A DNA stretch of 64,000 bases from Andalucia godoyi And28 (GCA_009859145.1 VRVR01000015.1:49417-113416); one strand, 5' to 3'; counted from the first letter of the stretch, positions 38,466 to 51,067 are shown. The notes: a model not told the origin generated them from the letters alone. Made by a program: numbers and translations.

Positions 38466-41400
38466 ATGGGTAAAACTTGCAGTACAGGTACAGCAGAGAC
38501 TGGTGCTTCATCTGGAGACAACGTCCGCGTATCTTCGATGCCGGTAGCCGAAGCATTCTGGGATGTCATGCAGGAGTTCAGAACCTGCTGCCGCCGCGGC
38601 AAGTCGCATCTGTTGCTGGAAGTGTGCGCCACCTTGTTCCTCATGTTAACTCCGCTGTTTGCTGTTACCTACCAGCAATGGGTGTCGCAGCCTTCTTCGT
38701 TTGCATTCTTGTACTTCACGTCGATTGTGACACTGGCCACATCGTTTGCAGTCGCTTGGAAAGTCCTTATCGCAGGCATCCAGACAGCCCGAGATGGCAG
38801 TTCAACAAGAAGCGGGCTGGCACTGAAGAGCGCTGGGGCGCTGTGGAGCTACTTTGCATCGTCGTGGCTCATTTTGGGTGTATTCACTGTTCTGAATGTT
38901 TCTCAAATCTCCGCTTTGTGGGATGATGCAATCCTTTCTTCGCTAGTGCTGGCGACGACTGTTGTTTTCGCGCTACTGGTAATGACATCATTGCCAGTCT
39001 ACTTCTTGCTCATGAGTTCCTTCCGCATCCTCAGGCCCACGGCATATTGCACTGCAGGCAATACGGATCAAGTTCTTCGCTTTGTCCTGCACGTCGCCAT
39101 GACGATTTCCATCGCATTCTATGAGCAGACGGCTGCTCCCTTTGCTGCATCGTGCATTGCAGGAGGCTTGATTGTTCTTGCGCACCAAGCATCAAAGCTG
39201 CAGTACAGAACGATGAACACCAATCTCATCTTCACGTTCGTTGGTGCCTCGACAGTTGGAATGGGAATCTACGTAGGGTTTGTGCCTTCTGATGCGGCGT
39301 TCATTGCGGCATTGCTTGCTCTACTCTTTGTCATGCCATGCTTGCCAACCTTCCTCGTCTGGCGTCGGCTGCTCGTGTCCCATGGTCCAATTGGCTCTCG
39401 CAATCGAGTCTACGACTCATCGTCTGTGGACGAAAGCGCCGAGTGCTCGCCGCGCAGTGCTTCCACGGCTGCCCAGCTGCCCGCCGTGGAGTATTTGCAA
39501 AAGGGAAATTTTGCAGACGACATGGAAAAGGGAAACTGCAGCAAGAGTCCAATGTCTGGCACTGGTAAGCAAGAGCAGTTTCCAGATCGACTGCTTCGCG
39601 AGTCGATACTGCTTCCGGGAGTGTCCGAGATGGAATCTGCAGAACTGTTCATGCGCATATTCTGCGGCAACATGCAGCGTTTGATGAACATGCACACAAC
39701 CGCGTACGACGAGGAACTCCCAGTGCTCTTGGAAGATATGTCCACTGCGCTCTCACGCGCATTAGAGATGTGGCCACGTGACGCAGAACTGCAGTTGTTC
39801 CATTTAACGTTCTTTGTGGAGTGCGGAGTGCTCACGTCCAATGCCCGCTGGCTTTCTCGAGCAACCACATCCTCTGGAACGGAGCTCTTTGAAAACGCTG
39901 GCAAGATCCTGAAGTTCAACCACTACTGCTTGGTTGTCGAAAAGCAGAAGAACATGTGCTCTCTTTCCGGAGCCAGTTTCGAATCCAAGCTGCTGCAGAA
40001 GCGCCTGAAACGGATCAACGGACTTCGGGCAGCCATTTTATCACTGCAAACACAGTTTTGGAAGACGCTTCTAGTGGATTCATCCAACATTGCGATGCTA
40101 TCGCAACTATCTTCTTTGATGGGAAAACTGGATGCAGAAGTATGGAAAATCTGGGCCAACCTAGATCGCATCTTTGGCTCAAGTGCGGATCTTCTCCGAG
40201 CCAAAGCCGAGTATGCTGGGGAAGTGAACGGAAACCATCCCTTAGCACACGAGATGTTCATGCGTGCTGAACAGATTGAAGACCACACCTACAAAGCTAA
40301 CCGGCAGTGGAACGGTGCACGCCAAGACTCGGTGGACGAGGAGTTCGTTAGCACGTCTCCCGGCGCTGAAATGAGTGCTCCGTCGACTAGACACTCCTCT
40401 GTGGCTCAGCATGAGATTCTCGGGCACTCCTCCGACACCATTCCACCGGTGCGAAGGGAGAGCATCCAGTTTTCTGAAAAGTCCTACTCGCATGTTCTGG
40501 AAGTGCGAACCGAGGAGCTTCCCGCGAGCCGCAAAGTTGTCAGTCGAAAATCCGCGCTGCGTCCGTCTCTTGGAGAGATGAGCAGCGTCCAGGGAAGTGA
40601 GTGTGGCGATGCATGCGACGCCGGTAGCGAGAGTGACGCCGATCCCGACGAAGCGAGCAGCTCTGCTGGGTCTGCTCAAGCCAGGTACGCCAGACTGAAA
40701 CAAGTTCGGCAGGAGTTCCTCAGTCGACAGTCCGCTTACCTGTCCAAGATGCAACATATGATGATTATTGCGATCGTGATCTCTCTGTTCGTGTTCCTTG
40801 GATTCTACCTGATGACAATTCTTGTTGTTCGACCACCAGTTACCGAGATCGACAGCGTAACCGGAGAACCGCTATCCACAGACAGTAATTCGTTGACGTT
40901 TGCATTTGACAATGCGAACAAACTGAAAGTCCCTCTTTCATCTGCACCGGGACAGGCACGCATTTGGCTGGACAAGCTGGCGACGGACTCGAATCGAGCG
41001 TCTCTTGGCGCGTTCACAAACACAATGACTTCCAATTTCCTGCGATATCTTGACCGACTGAACCGCAAGCGTGCGTCCTCCCAGTATGCACTGGAAGTAA
41101 TGAGCAGAGAATCAAATACGATCGTCTTTGCGGGTGAAACAGGAATAACATATCAATCATGGAACACATCTGCGAGAGCTGTTCGGAACGAGGATGTTCT
41201 TCAATTGACGGCGGTTCAGCTGACGAGAATGCGTGATTGCGTGTCGGCTGCCAAGAATTATGCCCTGACGAGGAACTCGACTACGGGACTGAACACAGTT
41301 ATTCCAACCCCAACAGTGACCTGCCAGGAGGGCTTCTTGTTCCTTTCGTACAACGGAAACACTGCATTATGGAACGCTCTCTCGGAAATCACGGACGTTT

Positions 41401-43640
41401 ATCGAGCAGAGTTGGACGAATCGTGCTACTCCATTCTTTGGATATTGCTGTCCGTAAGCTGTGCCGTTGTCATCATTATGATTTTGATCTTGTTCACCGT
41501 CCTGTTTCCTGGAATCACGAAAGCTGAGCACGAAAGAGACGGAATGATCAAGATGCTCGCGGGCCTGGACAAGAGCACTCTGAAGAAAATGCACGATGAT
41601 GCAAAAACCCGGTACCGCCATCAGAAACATTCGTTGTCAAATTCAATGCCGTCCACGTCCTTGTCATCCAATGGATCCAAAAGCCGGCCGCGCTTGCTCT
41701 TCGGTTTGGCGATTGCGTCCATGCTACTGTACATGTGCGGGTTTGTTGTGCTCATGGCGGTGTACTTGAACGATCTGTTCAGATTGCAAGAGGAAATTCG
41801 CTTCTTCCCTGTGATTGAGAGTTCGGCACGACGAGCTAACGAGCTCTGCCTTGAGTTGATTTCCCCGTCACTGTCGCCGTACGGAACGGAAGACCAGCTG
41901 CGAGACATACTTCGGGAACGCATCAGTGCACTGCTTCAAGGATGGTCAGACTTGACATCAACTCGGACTTCGCACGGAGTCATGACGGGCATCAGTCGGC
42001 TGTCGGATGGCGTCCGCAGCGCAGTACTTTCCCCCACATGCACCCCGTACAACTCCAATGCAACTCTGTTCGACTGCCGTTCCTTGGACGAGGTTATTTC
42101 GACGCTTGCTTCCGACTTTGACTACTACGCATCCTCCACCCGATCTTCGGTGTTCAAGATCACGGCTTCTGCATACACTCGGATCTACACCGCCGTCCGA
42201 GAAGTGCTTCCAACAAAAATGAACAATCTGCAAAATGCATGGGTGCAGTACTACAATCCCCGCTCCAGAACGTTCAATCTGATTGCAAACGTTCTTTTCG
42301 CGTGCTCGTTCGTCATTTTCCCGCTGATTCTGTACTTTGGGCTCTACATCCCACTGTCGACGCTGAAGCGGACGCACCAACAACTGAAAGTCATGTTCCT
42401 ACTCATTCCGTTTGAGTTATCTGAACAGGACGATCGGGTTTGGTCTTACGTGTCCGGGTCGGAAACTGACGAGGTTGCGCTTGGCTTGCAGAGCAGCAGC
42501 CGGCAAAGGCAAGCCTCTACGAAAGCAAAACAGTCGGAAAGCGCAGAGAGTGTGGAGACGGTGCTCGATACGCTGCCCGACGGCTACTTCTGCATCAATG
42601 AAAAGGGAATTATCGTGTCGGTGAACTCACAAGCATGCATACTGTGCGCAAAAGCTCGGGAAGCTCTGATTGGTCTGCCGTTTGAGGAGTTGCTGGAAGA
42701 GAGCTCGTTTATCCGGTCTCTTATTCATGGACGACAAAAAGGAAAGTTCACGTTTGAAGCGAACTGCATCGTTCAGCAGAAGGGTCAAGAAGTGCATGTG
42801 CCAGTCCGAGTTGTTGCGAGCTGCGGAAGCAGCAGCGAAGACGAAAAGGAGAATTCAAAGGACACGTCCCGACAGCAGCTGAAGAACCACAACATTGTTC
42901 TCTTTGTTCGAGACATCACCTCGGAGAAGCTGCAGAACGCTCTGCTGGAGCAAGAAAAGCAGAAGAGCACGTCGATTCTCAAGAACATTTTGCCGTTGCC
43001 AGTCGCTTCCAGGCTCATGCGAAACGAGAGACCCATTGCGTACAAGCACGAAAGCGTGTGCACCATGTTTTGTGATATTGTCGGTTTCACGTCTCTGGCA
43101 GGCACGGCAGACGCCACCGCCCTGGTAAGCCTTCTCGACGGCATCTTTTCTGAAATTGATGAAATCTGCGAGCGGCACGGAGTAACAAAAGTCAAGACAA
43201 TTGGAGACTGCGTGTTCCTGTGCAGTGGGCTGATTATTGACGGAGTGTCGATCGATCCGGGGCACACCTCGGACGGTGCAAGTGCCAGTCGAAACATTGT
43301 CGGCGATATGATTGAAGCCTCGATCAGGATCATTGAAGTGTTCCGATGCCGAAATCTGCAGTGTCGCATTGGTATCAACGTCGGTCCTGTTATATCGGGT
43401 GTGATTGGAAAGGTCAAGTTCGCCTATGACTTGTGGAGTGACTCGGTGAACGTGGCCTCGAGAATGGAGTCGACGGGTCTTCCGATGAGAATCCAGATCA
43501 GCAGGAGTGCGTATCAGATGGTGTATCACATGTACGAGTTTGATGCTCGCGAAGTCGGTGTCAAGGGAAAGGGATCCATGGAGGCCTTCTTGCTAATCGA
43601 CCGCAAAAATGACCAGCCAGTCGACAACAAGCTGGAATAA
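38466..43640 (+). CDS. Multi-pass membrane class III adenylate cyclase with a PAS domain
   Basis: Many TM segments; PAS (VLDTLPDGYFCINEKGIIVSVN); cyclase motifs MFCDIVGFT, KVKTIGD, RIGINVGPV, YDLWSDSVNVASRMES; start at ATG 38466. Confidence 0.9.
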   Translation: MGKTCSTGTAETGASSGDNVRVSSMPVAEAFWDVMQEFRTCCRRGKSHLLLEVCATLFLMLTPLFAVTYQQWVSQPSSFAFLYFTSIVTLATSFAVAWKVLIAGIQTARDGSSTRSGLALKSAGALWSYFASSWLILGVFTVLNVSQISALWDDAILSSLVLATTVVFALLVMTSLPVYFLLMSSFRILRPTAYCTAGNTDQVLRFVLHVAMTISIAFYEQTAAPFAASCIAGGLIVLAHQASKLQYRTMNTNLIFTFVGASTVGMGIYVGFVPSDAAFIAALLALLFVMPCLPTFLVWRRLLVSHGPIGSRNRVYDSSSVDESAECSPRSASTAAQLPAVEYLQKGNFADDMEKGNCSKSPMSGTGKQEQFPDRLLRESILLPGVSEMESAELFMRIFCGNMQRLMNMHTTAYDEELPVLLEDMSTALSRALEMWPRDAELQLFHLTFFVECGVLTSNARWLSRATTSSGTELFENAGKILKFNHYCLVVEKQKNMCSLSGASFESKLLQKRLKRINGLRAAILSLQTQFWKTLLVDSSNIAMLSQLSSLMGKLDAEVWKIWANLDRIFGSSADLLRAKAEYAGEVNGNHPLAHEMFMRAEQIEDHTYKANRQWNGARQDSVDEEFVSTSPGAEMSAPSTRHSSVAQHEILGHSSDTIPPVRRESIQFSEKSYSHVLEVRTEELPASRKVVSRKSALRPSLGEMSSVQGSECGDACDAGSESDADPDEASSSAGSAQARYARLKQVRQEFLSRQSAYLSKMQHMMIIAIVISLFVFLGFYLMTILVVRPPVTEIDSVTGEPLSTDSNSLTFAFDNANKLKVPLSSAPGQARIWLDKLATDSNRASLGAFTNTMTSNFLRYLDRLNRKRASSQYALEVMSRESNTIVFAGETGITYQSWNTSARAVRNEDVLQLTAVQLTRMRDCVSAAKNYALTRNSTTGLNTVIPTPTVTCQEGFLFLSYNGNTALWNALSEITDVYRAELDESCYSILWILLSVSCAVVIIMILILFTVLFPGITKAEHERDGMIKMLAGLDKSTLKKMHDDAKTRYRHQKHSLSNSMPSTSLSSNGSKSRPRLLFGLAIASMLLYMCGFVVLMAVYLNDLFRLQEEIRFFPVIESSARRANELCLELISPSLSPYGTEDQLRDILRERISALLQGWSDLTSTRTSHGVMTGISRLSDGVRSAVLSPTCTPYNSNATLFDCRSLDEVISTLASDFDYYASSTRSSVFKITASAYTRIYTAVREVLPTKMNNLQNAWVQYYNPRSRTFNLIANVLFACSFVIFPLILYFGLYIPLSTLKRTHQQLKVMFLLIPFELSEQDDRVWSYVSGSETDEVALGLQSSSRQRQASTKAKQSESAESVETVLDTLPDGYFCINEKGIIVSVNSQACILCAKAREALIGLPFEELLEESSFIRSLIHGRQKGKFTFEANCIVQQKGQEVHVPVRVVASCGSSSEDEKENSKDTSRQQLKNHNIVLFVRDITSEKLQNALLEQEKQKSTSILKNILPLPVASRLMRNERPIAYKHESVCTMFCDIVGFTSLAGTADATALVSLLDGIFSEIDEICERHGVTKVKTIGDCVFLCSGLIIDGVSIDPGHTSDGASASRNIVGDMIEASIRIIEVFRCRNLQCRIGINVGPVISGVIGKVKFAYDLWSDSVNVASRMESTGLPMRIQISRSAYQMVYHMYEFDAREVGVKGKGSMEAFLLIDRKNDQPVDNKLE

Positions 43641-44149
43641 GCATCTCCTGAAATTCCTGCCTCGGTCGCTCTGTCAGATGGATGGATGGATAACATTTGA
43701 TTATGAATACTTGTGCATTAAAAAGAAAACAGATAACAAGTAAAACACCAAAAAACAAAACAAAAAACCCCAACGCTAGTGTGATATACTGCCTAGTATC
43801 ATTGGCTTCGTTGTCGGGGCGAGTAAGAATCGGAAAGGTTTCGATTATTAATAATAATAAAAATAACACAAATAGAAAAATAACAGTAAGAAGAAAAAAA
43901 GACACTCTGGACTTGACTACGGCAGGAACACCCTCGTCTTCCGTAGGGTTAGATCAACAAACAAACCTCCGGTATGCAAAACGGTCAACCGTTGGGGAGA
44001 CCAAATTGTCTATTATATTATAAGCCTTTTCGTTTTTCAGTGAGCATTTTCTTTTTCGTTTTCGTCTTTATTTTTGTATTTCATTTTTTTATTTTTTTAT
44101 TTGATTCCTTTTATATACATTTATAAACTCTTTTGGATTTGTGTCCGTG

Positions 44150-46474
44150 ATGAAGATCTTTATATCTCATTTGGATTCGTATCTTGGACGAGTGCTTTCT
44201 CGTCTGGTGCTGAAACAGTGTCCTGGAGCCACGATCGCCGGAATGTGCAGATCGGAAGAGTCCGTTGCGTACGTTGAGCAGCACGTGACAAAGGAGATTG
44301 TGTCGCCTCTCAAGAGCCTTGAGGAGTACAAAACATCGCTGCTTACGTCACAGATCATCTTTTTTGAGCTGATGCAAGGTGTGGAGGATGCGTCGTATGC
44401 ATTCAAGATTGTGAATGCTGGCAATTTTCCAGATCAGAAACTGTTCATTGGCATTTCAAGCGTCCTGTCATGGTCTGATTCGTATCCCAAGAAGCTTTCT
44501 GCACAGAACAGCGATGGATCTGCGGCTGCCACCACCAAGGAGCAGGAGCAGGTGGAGCAGAACGAGGCAGGTGGAGCAGAGGAACCCGAGGCAGAGGCAG
44601 AGGCAGAGGCAGAGGAGGAAAAGGAGGTCTTGACAGAGGACATGTACCACAAGAGAAAGGCGCATGCCGCGTATGGACGGTTCAAGGACGTTGAGAAGCT
44701 GATTACGGGAGGTGTCAAGAACCCGCGTCTTGGATCCTATGTCGTGTTTGCCGGGCTCGCGTACGGCGAGGGCGAGGACATTCTGCATGACTTGTTCCGG
44801 CAAGCGTGGTGTTTGGAGCCGGAGCAGCTTTCGGTGCTTGGGAAGGGAAAGAACATCATCCCTATGATCCACGTGAAGGATCTTGCACAGGGATTGCTGC
44901 GATTGGCGCTTGTGGAGGAGAAGCCAGATATCCGATATTTACTTGCGGTGGACGATGCGAATTCGACGCAGCTGCAGGTTGTGGAGACAATATCAAAGGT
45001 TCTTGGAACCGGAAAACCAGTCAAGCACGTCACAGGGGATGCAATCCTGTTGCATGAAAACGCAGAGTTCTTCTTGGTCGATCTCAAAATGGCTCCGGGC
45101 GCGTTCAAGGATCTTGAGGGATTCGAGTGGCATTGCCAGGCCGGATTTGTTGAGAGCGTTCGTGTTGTCGTTGGTGAATTCAAGGCGGTGAGAAAGCTGC
45201 AGGCGGTTCGGGTGGTCGTGGATGGTCCGCCCGCCGTCGGAAAGACAAACACTGCACGGCGTTTGGCACGTAAGCTGCGAGTGCCACACGTCACTGCACG
45301 GACTGCTATGGAAGAATTCTCCAAAGCTCGGCCAGATATTGTCAAGGAAGCAATGGACAAGCTCAAAGAATCGCTGTTGGCTGCTGAGCAAGAAATCCAG
45401 GCAGCAGCCCCGAAAAAAGGGAATGCCAAGACGCCAGTGGCGGTCGATCCCAAAGAAGAAGAGGAAAAACGGAAGAAACTGGAGCGGTCTCTGCGATGGG
45501 ATGATGCTTTGCTGATCCGTGCGGTTCGGTTCGTCTTACTATCTCCGCGCTGCCGGAATCATGGCTATGTTCTCGATGGATTTCCAAAGTCGTACAAACA
45601 AGCACGCATGATATTCCGCAAAATGAACACGGAAGAGGGCGCAGAAGGCGAACTTGAGGAAGAAGTTGAGGATGTCCCAATGGATGGATTGGATGTGAAT
45701 GAGCGCATTGATGTTGAGACTGCTCGTTTAATGCCTGAACTGGTCGTTGTGTTGAAGGCATCCAGTGACGACGTATTGCGCTTGCGGACCAAGGAGGACC
45801 GAATTGCACATGCCGTGGCTGTTGAAAAGGGCGAGGATCCGGAAGCCCGATTTGAACGAAGACTGCAGGTCTATGCAAATTCTCATCAGGCAACCGGCAA
45901 TAATCCCGTTCACTTTTTCGATGTTCACCAGGTTCGTTTGACAACGGTTGATACTGCTGATCGCGTGATTCCTGCCAAGGAGCAGGCAACACTGGTCGGG
46001 GCGAAGAGCGAGGAAGAGGAGCTTGAGCATGAAGACATGGCGACATTGGAGACGAAGGCCGCAGAGGAAATCGCGCAGCAAATCGAGGACTTCCTTGGTG
46101 GTGCCCGAAACTACGGTCCCTCAGACAGTGAGAAAGCTCTTGTGGAAGAACGGGCTCGTTTGCGCCATCAAAAGGAGGAGGAGGAGCGTGTTTCCAAGGA
46201 AAAGGAGAATGCCCAACGACTGGAGCAAGAGAAGCGCGAGCAGGAGCACAAAGAAAGGGAACAGCAAAGCAGGCTTAAGAGCATGAAGGATGCCGAGCGC
46301 CAAATCCTAGAAGAGAGAGCGAAGCCGCTGCGAAGATATCTCATGGAAGCCGTGGTTCCGACGTTGACGACGGGTCTGATCGAAGTCTGTAAGCTGCGGC
46401 CGCAGGATCCTGTGGATTTTCTTGCCGAGTATCTGTTCCGGCATAATCCCCTGGAGGACGAACAAGAAAACTGA
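44150..46474 (+). CDS. AK7: Adenylate kinase 7 (axonemal) with C-terminal Dpy-30 motif
   Basis: NAD-epimerase-like N-terminal part (FISHLDSYLG, LAYGEGED, IPMIHVKDLA), P-loop GPPAVGKT, GYVLDGFPKSYKQA, coiled coil, PLRRYLMEAVVPTLTTGLIEVCKLRPQDPVDFLAEYL. Confidence 0.93.
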   Translation: MKIFISHLDSYLGRVLSRLVLKQCPGATIAGMCRSEESVAYVEQHVTKEIVSPLKSLEEYKTSLLTSQIIFFELMQGVEDASYAFKIVNAGNFPDQKLFIGISSVLSWSDSYPKKLSAQNSDGSAAATTKEQEQVEQNEAGGAEEPEAEAEAEAEEEKEVLTEDMYHKRKAHAAYGRFKDVEKLITGGVKNPRLGSYVVFAGLAYGEGEDILHDLFRQAWCLEPEQLSVLGKGKNIIPMIHVKDLAQGLLRLALVEEKPDIRYLLAVDDANSTQLQVVETISKVLGTGKPVKHVTGDAILLHENAEFFLVDLKMAPGAFKDLEGFEWHCQAGFVESVRVVVGEFKAVRKLQAVRVVVDGPPAVGKTNTARRLARKLRVPHVTARTAMEEFSKARPDIVKEAMDKLKESLLAAEQEIQAAAPKKGNAKTPVAVDPKEEEEKRKKLERSLRWDDALLIRAVRFVLLSPRCRNHGYVLDGFPKSYKQARMIFRKMNTEEGAEGELEEEVEDVPMDGLDVNERIDVETARLMPELVVVLKASSDDVLRLRTKEDRIAHAVAVEKGEDPEARFERRLQVYANSHQATGNNPVHFFDVHQVRLTTVDTADRVIPAKEQATLVGAKSEEEELEHEDMATLETKAAEEIAQQIEDFLGGARNYGPSDSEKALVEERARLRHQKEEEERVSKEKENAQRLEQEKREQEHKEREQQSRLKSMKDAERQILEERAKPLRRYLMEAVVPTLTTGLIEVCKLRPQDPVDFLAEYLFRHNPLEDEQEN

Positions 46475-46652
46475 AGAGCACCACACAGTTTCGGTATATT
46501 CTACTCTCTCTCCTTATTATTATTATTATTTTTTTTTAAATTGAAAAAATAAAATAAAAGAAATAAAGAAATAAACATAACATCTCTTGATACAAGTATG
46601 TGCATATCAGCGTTTCTCTCTTTTTTCTCCTCCCTCTCACACCATCTCACTC

Positions 46653-49600
46653 TCACGCAGGAGAAGGGGCTCGGGAATTCTCATTTTTCTGGGCAGGTGC
46701 TGCAACGTGCATGGGAGTCTTGATCAGTGATTTCCGCTTTGACAGCCAGCCGTCGATTTGTCCATCCAATTCCGCAACAGCGTTGATCTCCACCATGCGA
46801 CCCCTGCTGCGGCAATGATCCACAAGATGCCGCCAAGATTCGGAACGGACACTGCTACTCAGCGTCTCGGCATTTCCACAAATGATGAGGCAGCGTCGAG
46901 CACGCGTCAATGCCACATTCAGTCGCCGGTAGTCGTTCAGAAAACCCAAGTCGCCCTGCCGATTCGAGCGCACTGCTGACACAATAATGACATCCTTTTC
47001 ACGTCCTTGAAACGCGTCCACCGTATTCACTTCGACCTCGGTATCCGAGATCGTTCCAATCATGGTCTTCAAAGCATCTCGCAACATCCGCTCTTGCTCC
47101 TTGTACGGAGTGATCACACCAATGGAAGGTGTAACCTCTGCACGCAGATCCAACAGACGCTTCACTAAAGCGGAAATAAACGACGCCTCGGAGTTGTTGC
47201 TGACAGATCGTGAATTTGATGACTGCTCCCTTCCAGCTACATCGAAAAACCAAAGAGTTCCCCACGGATGCGGACCAGTCAAGCGGCCGTGGTCCCGAGA
47301 GGCAGCCGGCTCTTCCTCAGCAGGCGGCAGTCGCGTGTCCGAGTAGCTCACACACATTGGCGCGTCTTCAAGTTCCCCGTCATAGAATTCATTCGATGGA
47401 AACTCTCGAATTTCAGGAGCCATTCGATGCTGGACAGTCAATCGCGTACGAACATGTTTCATGTCCGCACGCTCCTTGCTGCAAACATTCAGCATTCTTT
47501 CCATCATGGAAACCGCCAGACCATTTGACGCTGCCTGTTGGTCCAACACAGTTGCGGGCAATTGCTGTGGATCGCCAACGAGCACGATGCGATGCAGAGA
47601 CTGCGAAAACAGCGAAATCGGTATCAGCGTTTCCGGTTCGACAGCTTGCGATGCCTCGTCCACAATCAATGTGTCAAACAGCGGAACATTCAAGATGTTT
47701 CCTTGAGAGGATGGGTTCGACGACAACAACAGCGCAGACGCTGACAGAGTACATGCAATGACCGGATAACTTGCAATGATGCTCATTCTTTCCAAATCTC
47801 GCTTCTTGGAAAGCTCGCGCTCTTGCTGTTCCAGTCGCGAATACGAGCTATCCACCAGCCGCTCTAGATTCTGGATCTTTTCCTGCAACTTGATCTTTTC
47901 TGCTTCGGAAGACGCGGTGCTTGGGCTGTCGGCGATCCTATCAAAGTCGTCCCGAAGACGCCCAAGATCATCCTGGAAGGTCGCTCGCTCTTTTTCTGCA
48001 CTTTTCACACTCTGCAACAATGCACGCGGCATATTTCTATCCACAAGGACATCAATAAAGCACGTTTTCTTCACTTCAGCACTCATATTGTCCGGTATAC
48101 CAACGCGGGCTACTCGGCCTTCTCCAAACGTGCTGTGAATTCGCAAAGAGATTTCGTCGATAGCCGCATTTGAAGATGCGCACAACAGTATCCGGCGATT
48201 GTCATCAAACAAACAGCGGATCAAGTACGTGATCATTGTTGTTTTCCCTGTGCCTGGCGGTCCTTGAACAAGCGTAAATGCATCTCTCCGCCGTAAACAA
48301 TTTGAAATTGCAACACGCTGAGGAGGATTCTGATGCGCATTAATTTCGTCTTTGAGATTCTTGATCGACATGCCGACGTCTCGCTTCGCAAAGTCTGCAT
48401 ATGACTTGGCAAAATAGAAAGGATCCAATATGAAGCGTTGGTAGTGGAGCGGAAATGGACGATGAAGGGCCTCCCAACACCGGAGCAAGGTGGACAGTGA
48501 TCCAACGCGATACACGTTCACTTGATCTCCATTGGCGACAAATTTGCAGGAAAGAAAAAAGCTGTGCTGCGGACGGTTCTGCGAAGACGTCTGCGTGCGC
48601 GGCAGAACGCGACAAAATACTGCGGAAGGGGATGAAGAGCTGGAGCTGGAGCTGGAGCTGGAGCTGGAGCTAGGGGCACTCGCAGAGGAAGCGGTAGTGG
48701 TCGTGGAGGACTTGGAAGACAACTGAATTCGAGAATGGTAATCATCGGATTGTGCAATGCGTGCAGCAGTCTTTTCAATAATGACAATGTCATTCGCCTG
48801 AATGTTGTCGACGACCGGGAACAATGTAAACTGCGGTACTTTCTGAGCACCGGAAAATCCGTTGTTCGAATCATTAGCTGGCCGAACAGTGTGTCGCATT
48901 GACTTACTGAGCCTCGACAGTTTCGTCTGGTACAGCAATCCGCGAACTTCAAGAACCAAAAGCTTTCGAAAGTAGTCCTTGTAGCTTCCAAGATCTTGAA
49001 AGGCAACGTCTCGCTGCCGCATAGGATTCGACAATAATGGCTCGATCATTGGATCCCATTGTAGAATAAGATGAAACAGTTCGTCCACAAACCGTGACAC
49101 GTCTGGCATGGAAATCCCTGCAACTACTGGAGTGCCAGACACAATGGTCGGTACGCGCGACAACGACAGCATCGGATCGCTTCCAGTCGCAGGGCCAGTC
49201 GCAGGGCCAGTCGCAGGGCCAGTCGCAGATGAAGATGCTGATGGGCCGTTTGACCCTCCAGAAGTAAACTTTGTTTTCTTGGGCAGGAGAGAGCTTCCCG
49301 GAACAACAGCAGCTGAATGACCCACGGGTGTTCTTCCTGGGTTCGCCGCCGGTACATGGGAAATCTTGGACATTGGAATCAGCATCGTGTTCAGCGGAAG
49401 CCCAGCGCCAGCGCCTTTCACTGGCTTTGACCCAGACGACTTCGTCGCACCCAAGAACGCACCGGGCGGTTTGGGGGGACGAGGCATGTCAAGCAACATT
49501 GTTGTTCTTGGCGGTCCCGGAAGTTCGTCATCCGGGACGGTCCTCTTCTTGGCTGGAAGAACGTGTGGTGGTAACGACATATCCTGCTCAGAGCGCGGAA

Positions 49601-50553
49601 TGACTACTACAACTATTTCGTCTCTTGCGCGCCGAAGATGCGCAATGGCGACGCGAAGGCCCGCGTAGAGAACAGCGGAGCGGCTGGAAAACAATCGATC
49701 AATGACCGGGTTGCATACCGCTGGGAAATGTTCCATATTCGCATAAACTAGATCGAACCCACGTGAAACAATATCGTACATCAGTCCGTGACCATGAATC
49801 TTGTATAGCAGCCCGCTTTCCACGAGTGCTCCTTCTACATACATCAGAATTTCTACAGCACGGCACCAGAACTCCTTCGACCATTTGGGTCGGTCTTCTG
49901 ATTCCCCATACAGCTGAACGTCGTGCTTCAGAATGGCAGTAACTAACGGGACAAACTCTGGTGTCCCTTGATCGACGGACAGTGCATCGCACAGAGCAGA
50001 TGCAGAGTCTGCATGCCGATCCAAATCTGGGACGAGTGAATCCAGCAGCTGCATAAGCTTATTGTATCCAGGGAGCCAGTGCAGCTTCAAGCATGATGCA
50101 AATCGACGTACAAAGAACGGCTCCGACAGAATGTGTGTAGGTGCATGCAAAACCTCCATCAAGAAGGCACACAAGATTTCCAGCATTTGCGGATGCTCCT
50201 CGAAGACCTTTGGTTCCGACATGACCTCAATGACGTGAAAGACCCATTTTCGTATCGACGTATCCGATTCTGCAATCACCACTCTCCTTCCAAACAATGT
50301 CCGTATATTCTGCCAATATTCAGGACGCGAAGGCTGGAGAAACTGCGACGGATCGCTCCGTGTCGTTTCCATCACAAATCGATACACTTCATCTTGTGGC
50401 AATGTACCACCTGCAGCTCCAACACTCGACGAGGGCAATGGCGATGCGGAATTCATACTTGATCCGTAGGCGCGGATCATCATAACGTACCGTGCTCGAA
50501 CCGAAGTGCGCAAATCAAATATTCCCTTCAGAAGTTCCATTATACCAACAATG

Positions 50554-50610
<57 letters not shown>

Positions 50611-50639
50611 GGGGGTTCTTTGGTAGTCGTCAGATCCAT
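46653..50639 (-). CDS. SEN1: SEN1/senataxin-like superfamily 1 (Upf1-like) RNA/DNA helicase
   Basis: LVQGPPGTGKT, ASSNAAIDE, IVDEASQAVEPETLIP, VGDPQQLPATV, QHRM, GVITPY, NTVDAFQGREKD, RRLNVALTRAR. True start may be the ATG at 50540, after the poly-Ser microsatellite. Confidence 0.85.
50560..50610. repeat. (CTA)17 trinucleotide repeat (poly-Ser or 5' UTR of SEN1)
   Basis: Direct read. Confidence 0.95.
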
Positions 50640-51067
50640 GATGCCTCTTTCCCGTTCCCCAAGCCAACCTACGCAATAACAATTTCAATTTCAATTTCCA
50701 AAGACGAAGAGGGGCGATCGCACTGAAAATCTGCACAATACCTGTGGAATTAACAATAACAATAACAATGTGAACATCAAAAAGATGCAAAGAAACCAGA
50801 GGGAAGCACCGAATTTCATTTGCATTTGAGCCAATTCGCGGTGTTGAAAATGGACTCAAACAAGATCGTCATTGCTGTGCCTCAATTCGTCCTCTTTTGC
50901 ATGTTGTCTTTTGCATATTGGTGGAGCAGTGTTTTGACTTTGCATGTTTTCTAAGCTCTGTTGATCAGTTTGGTTGGCATTGTTAGAGCACGGCGTTTAT
51001 TTATTTATTTATTTATTTATTTGTTTGTTTGTTTGTTTTTGGAGAGGAGAGAAGAGGAGAGGAAAGG

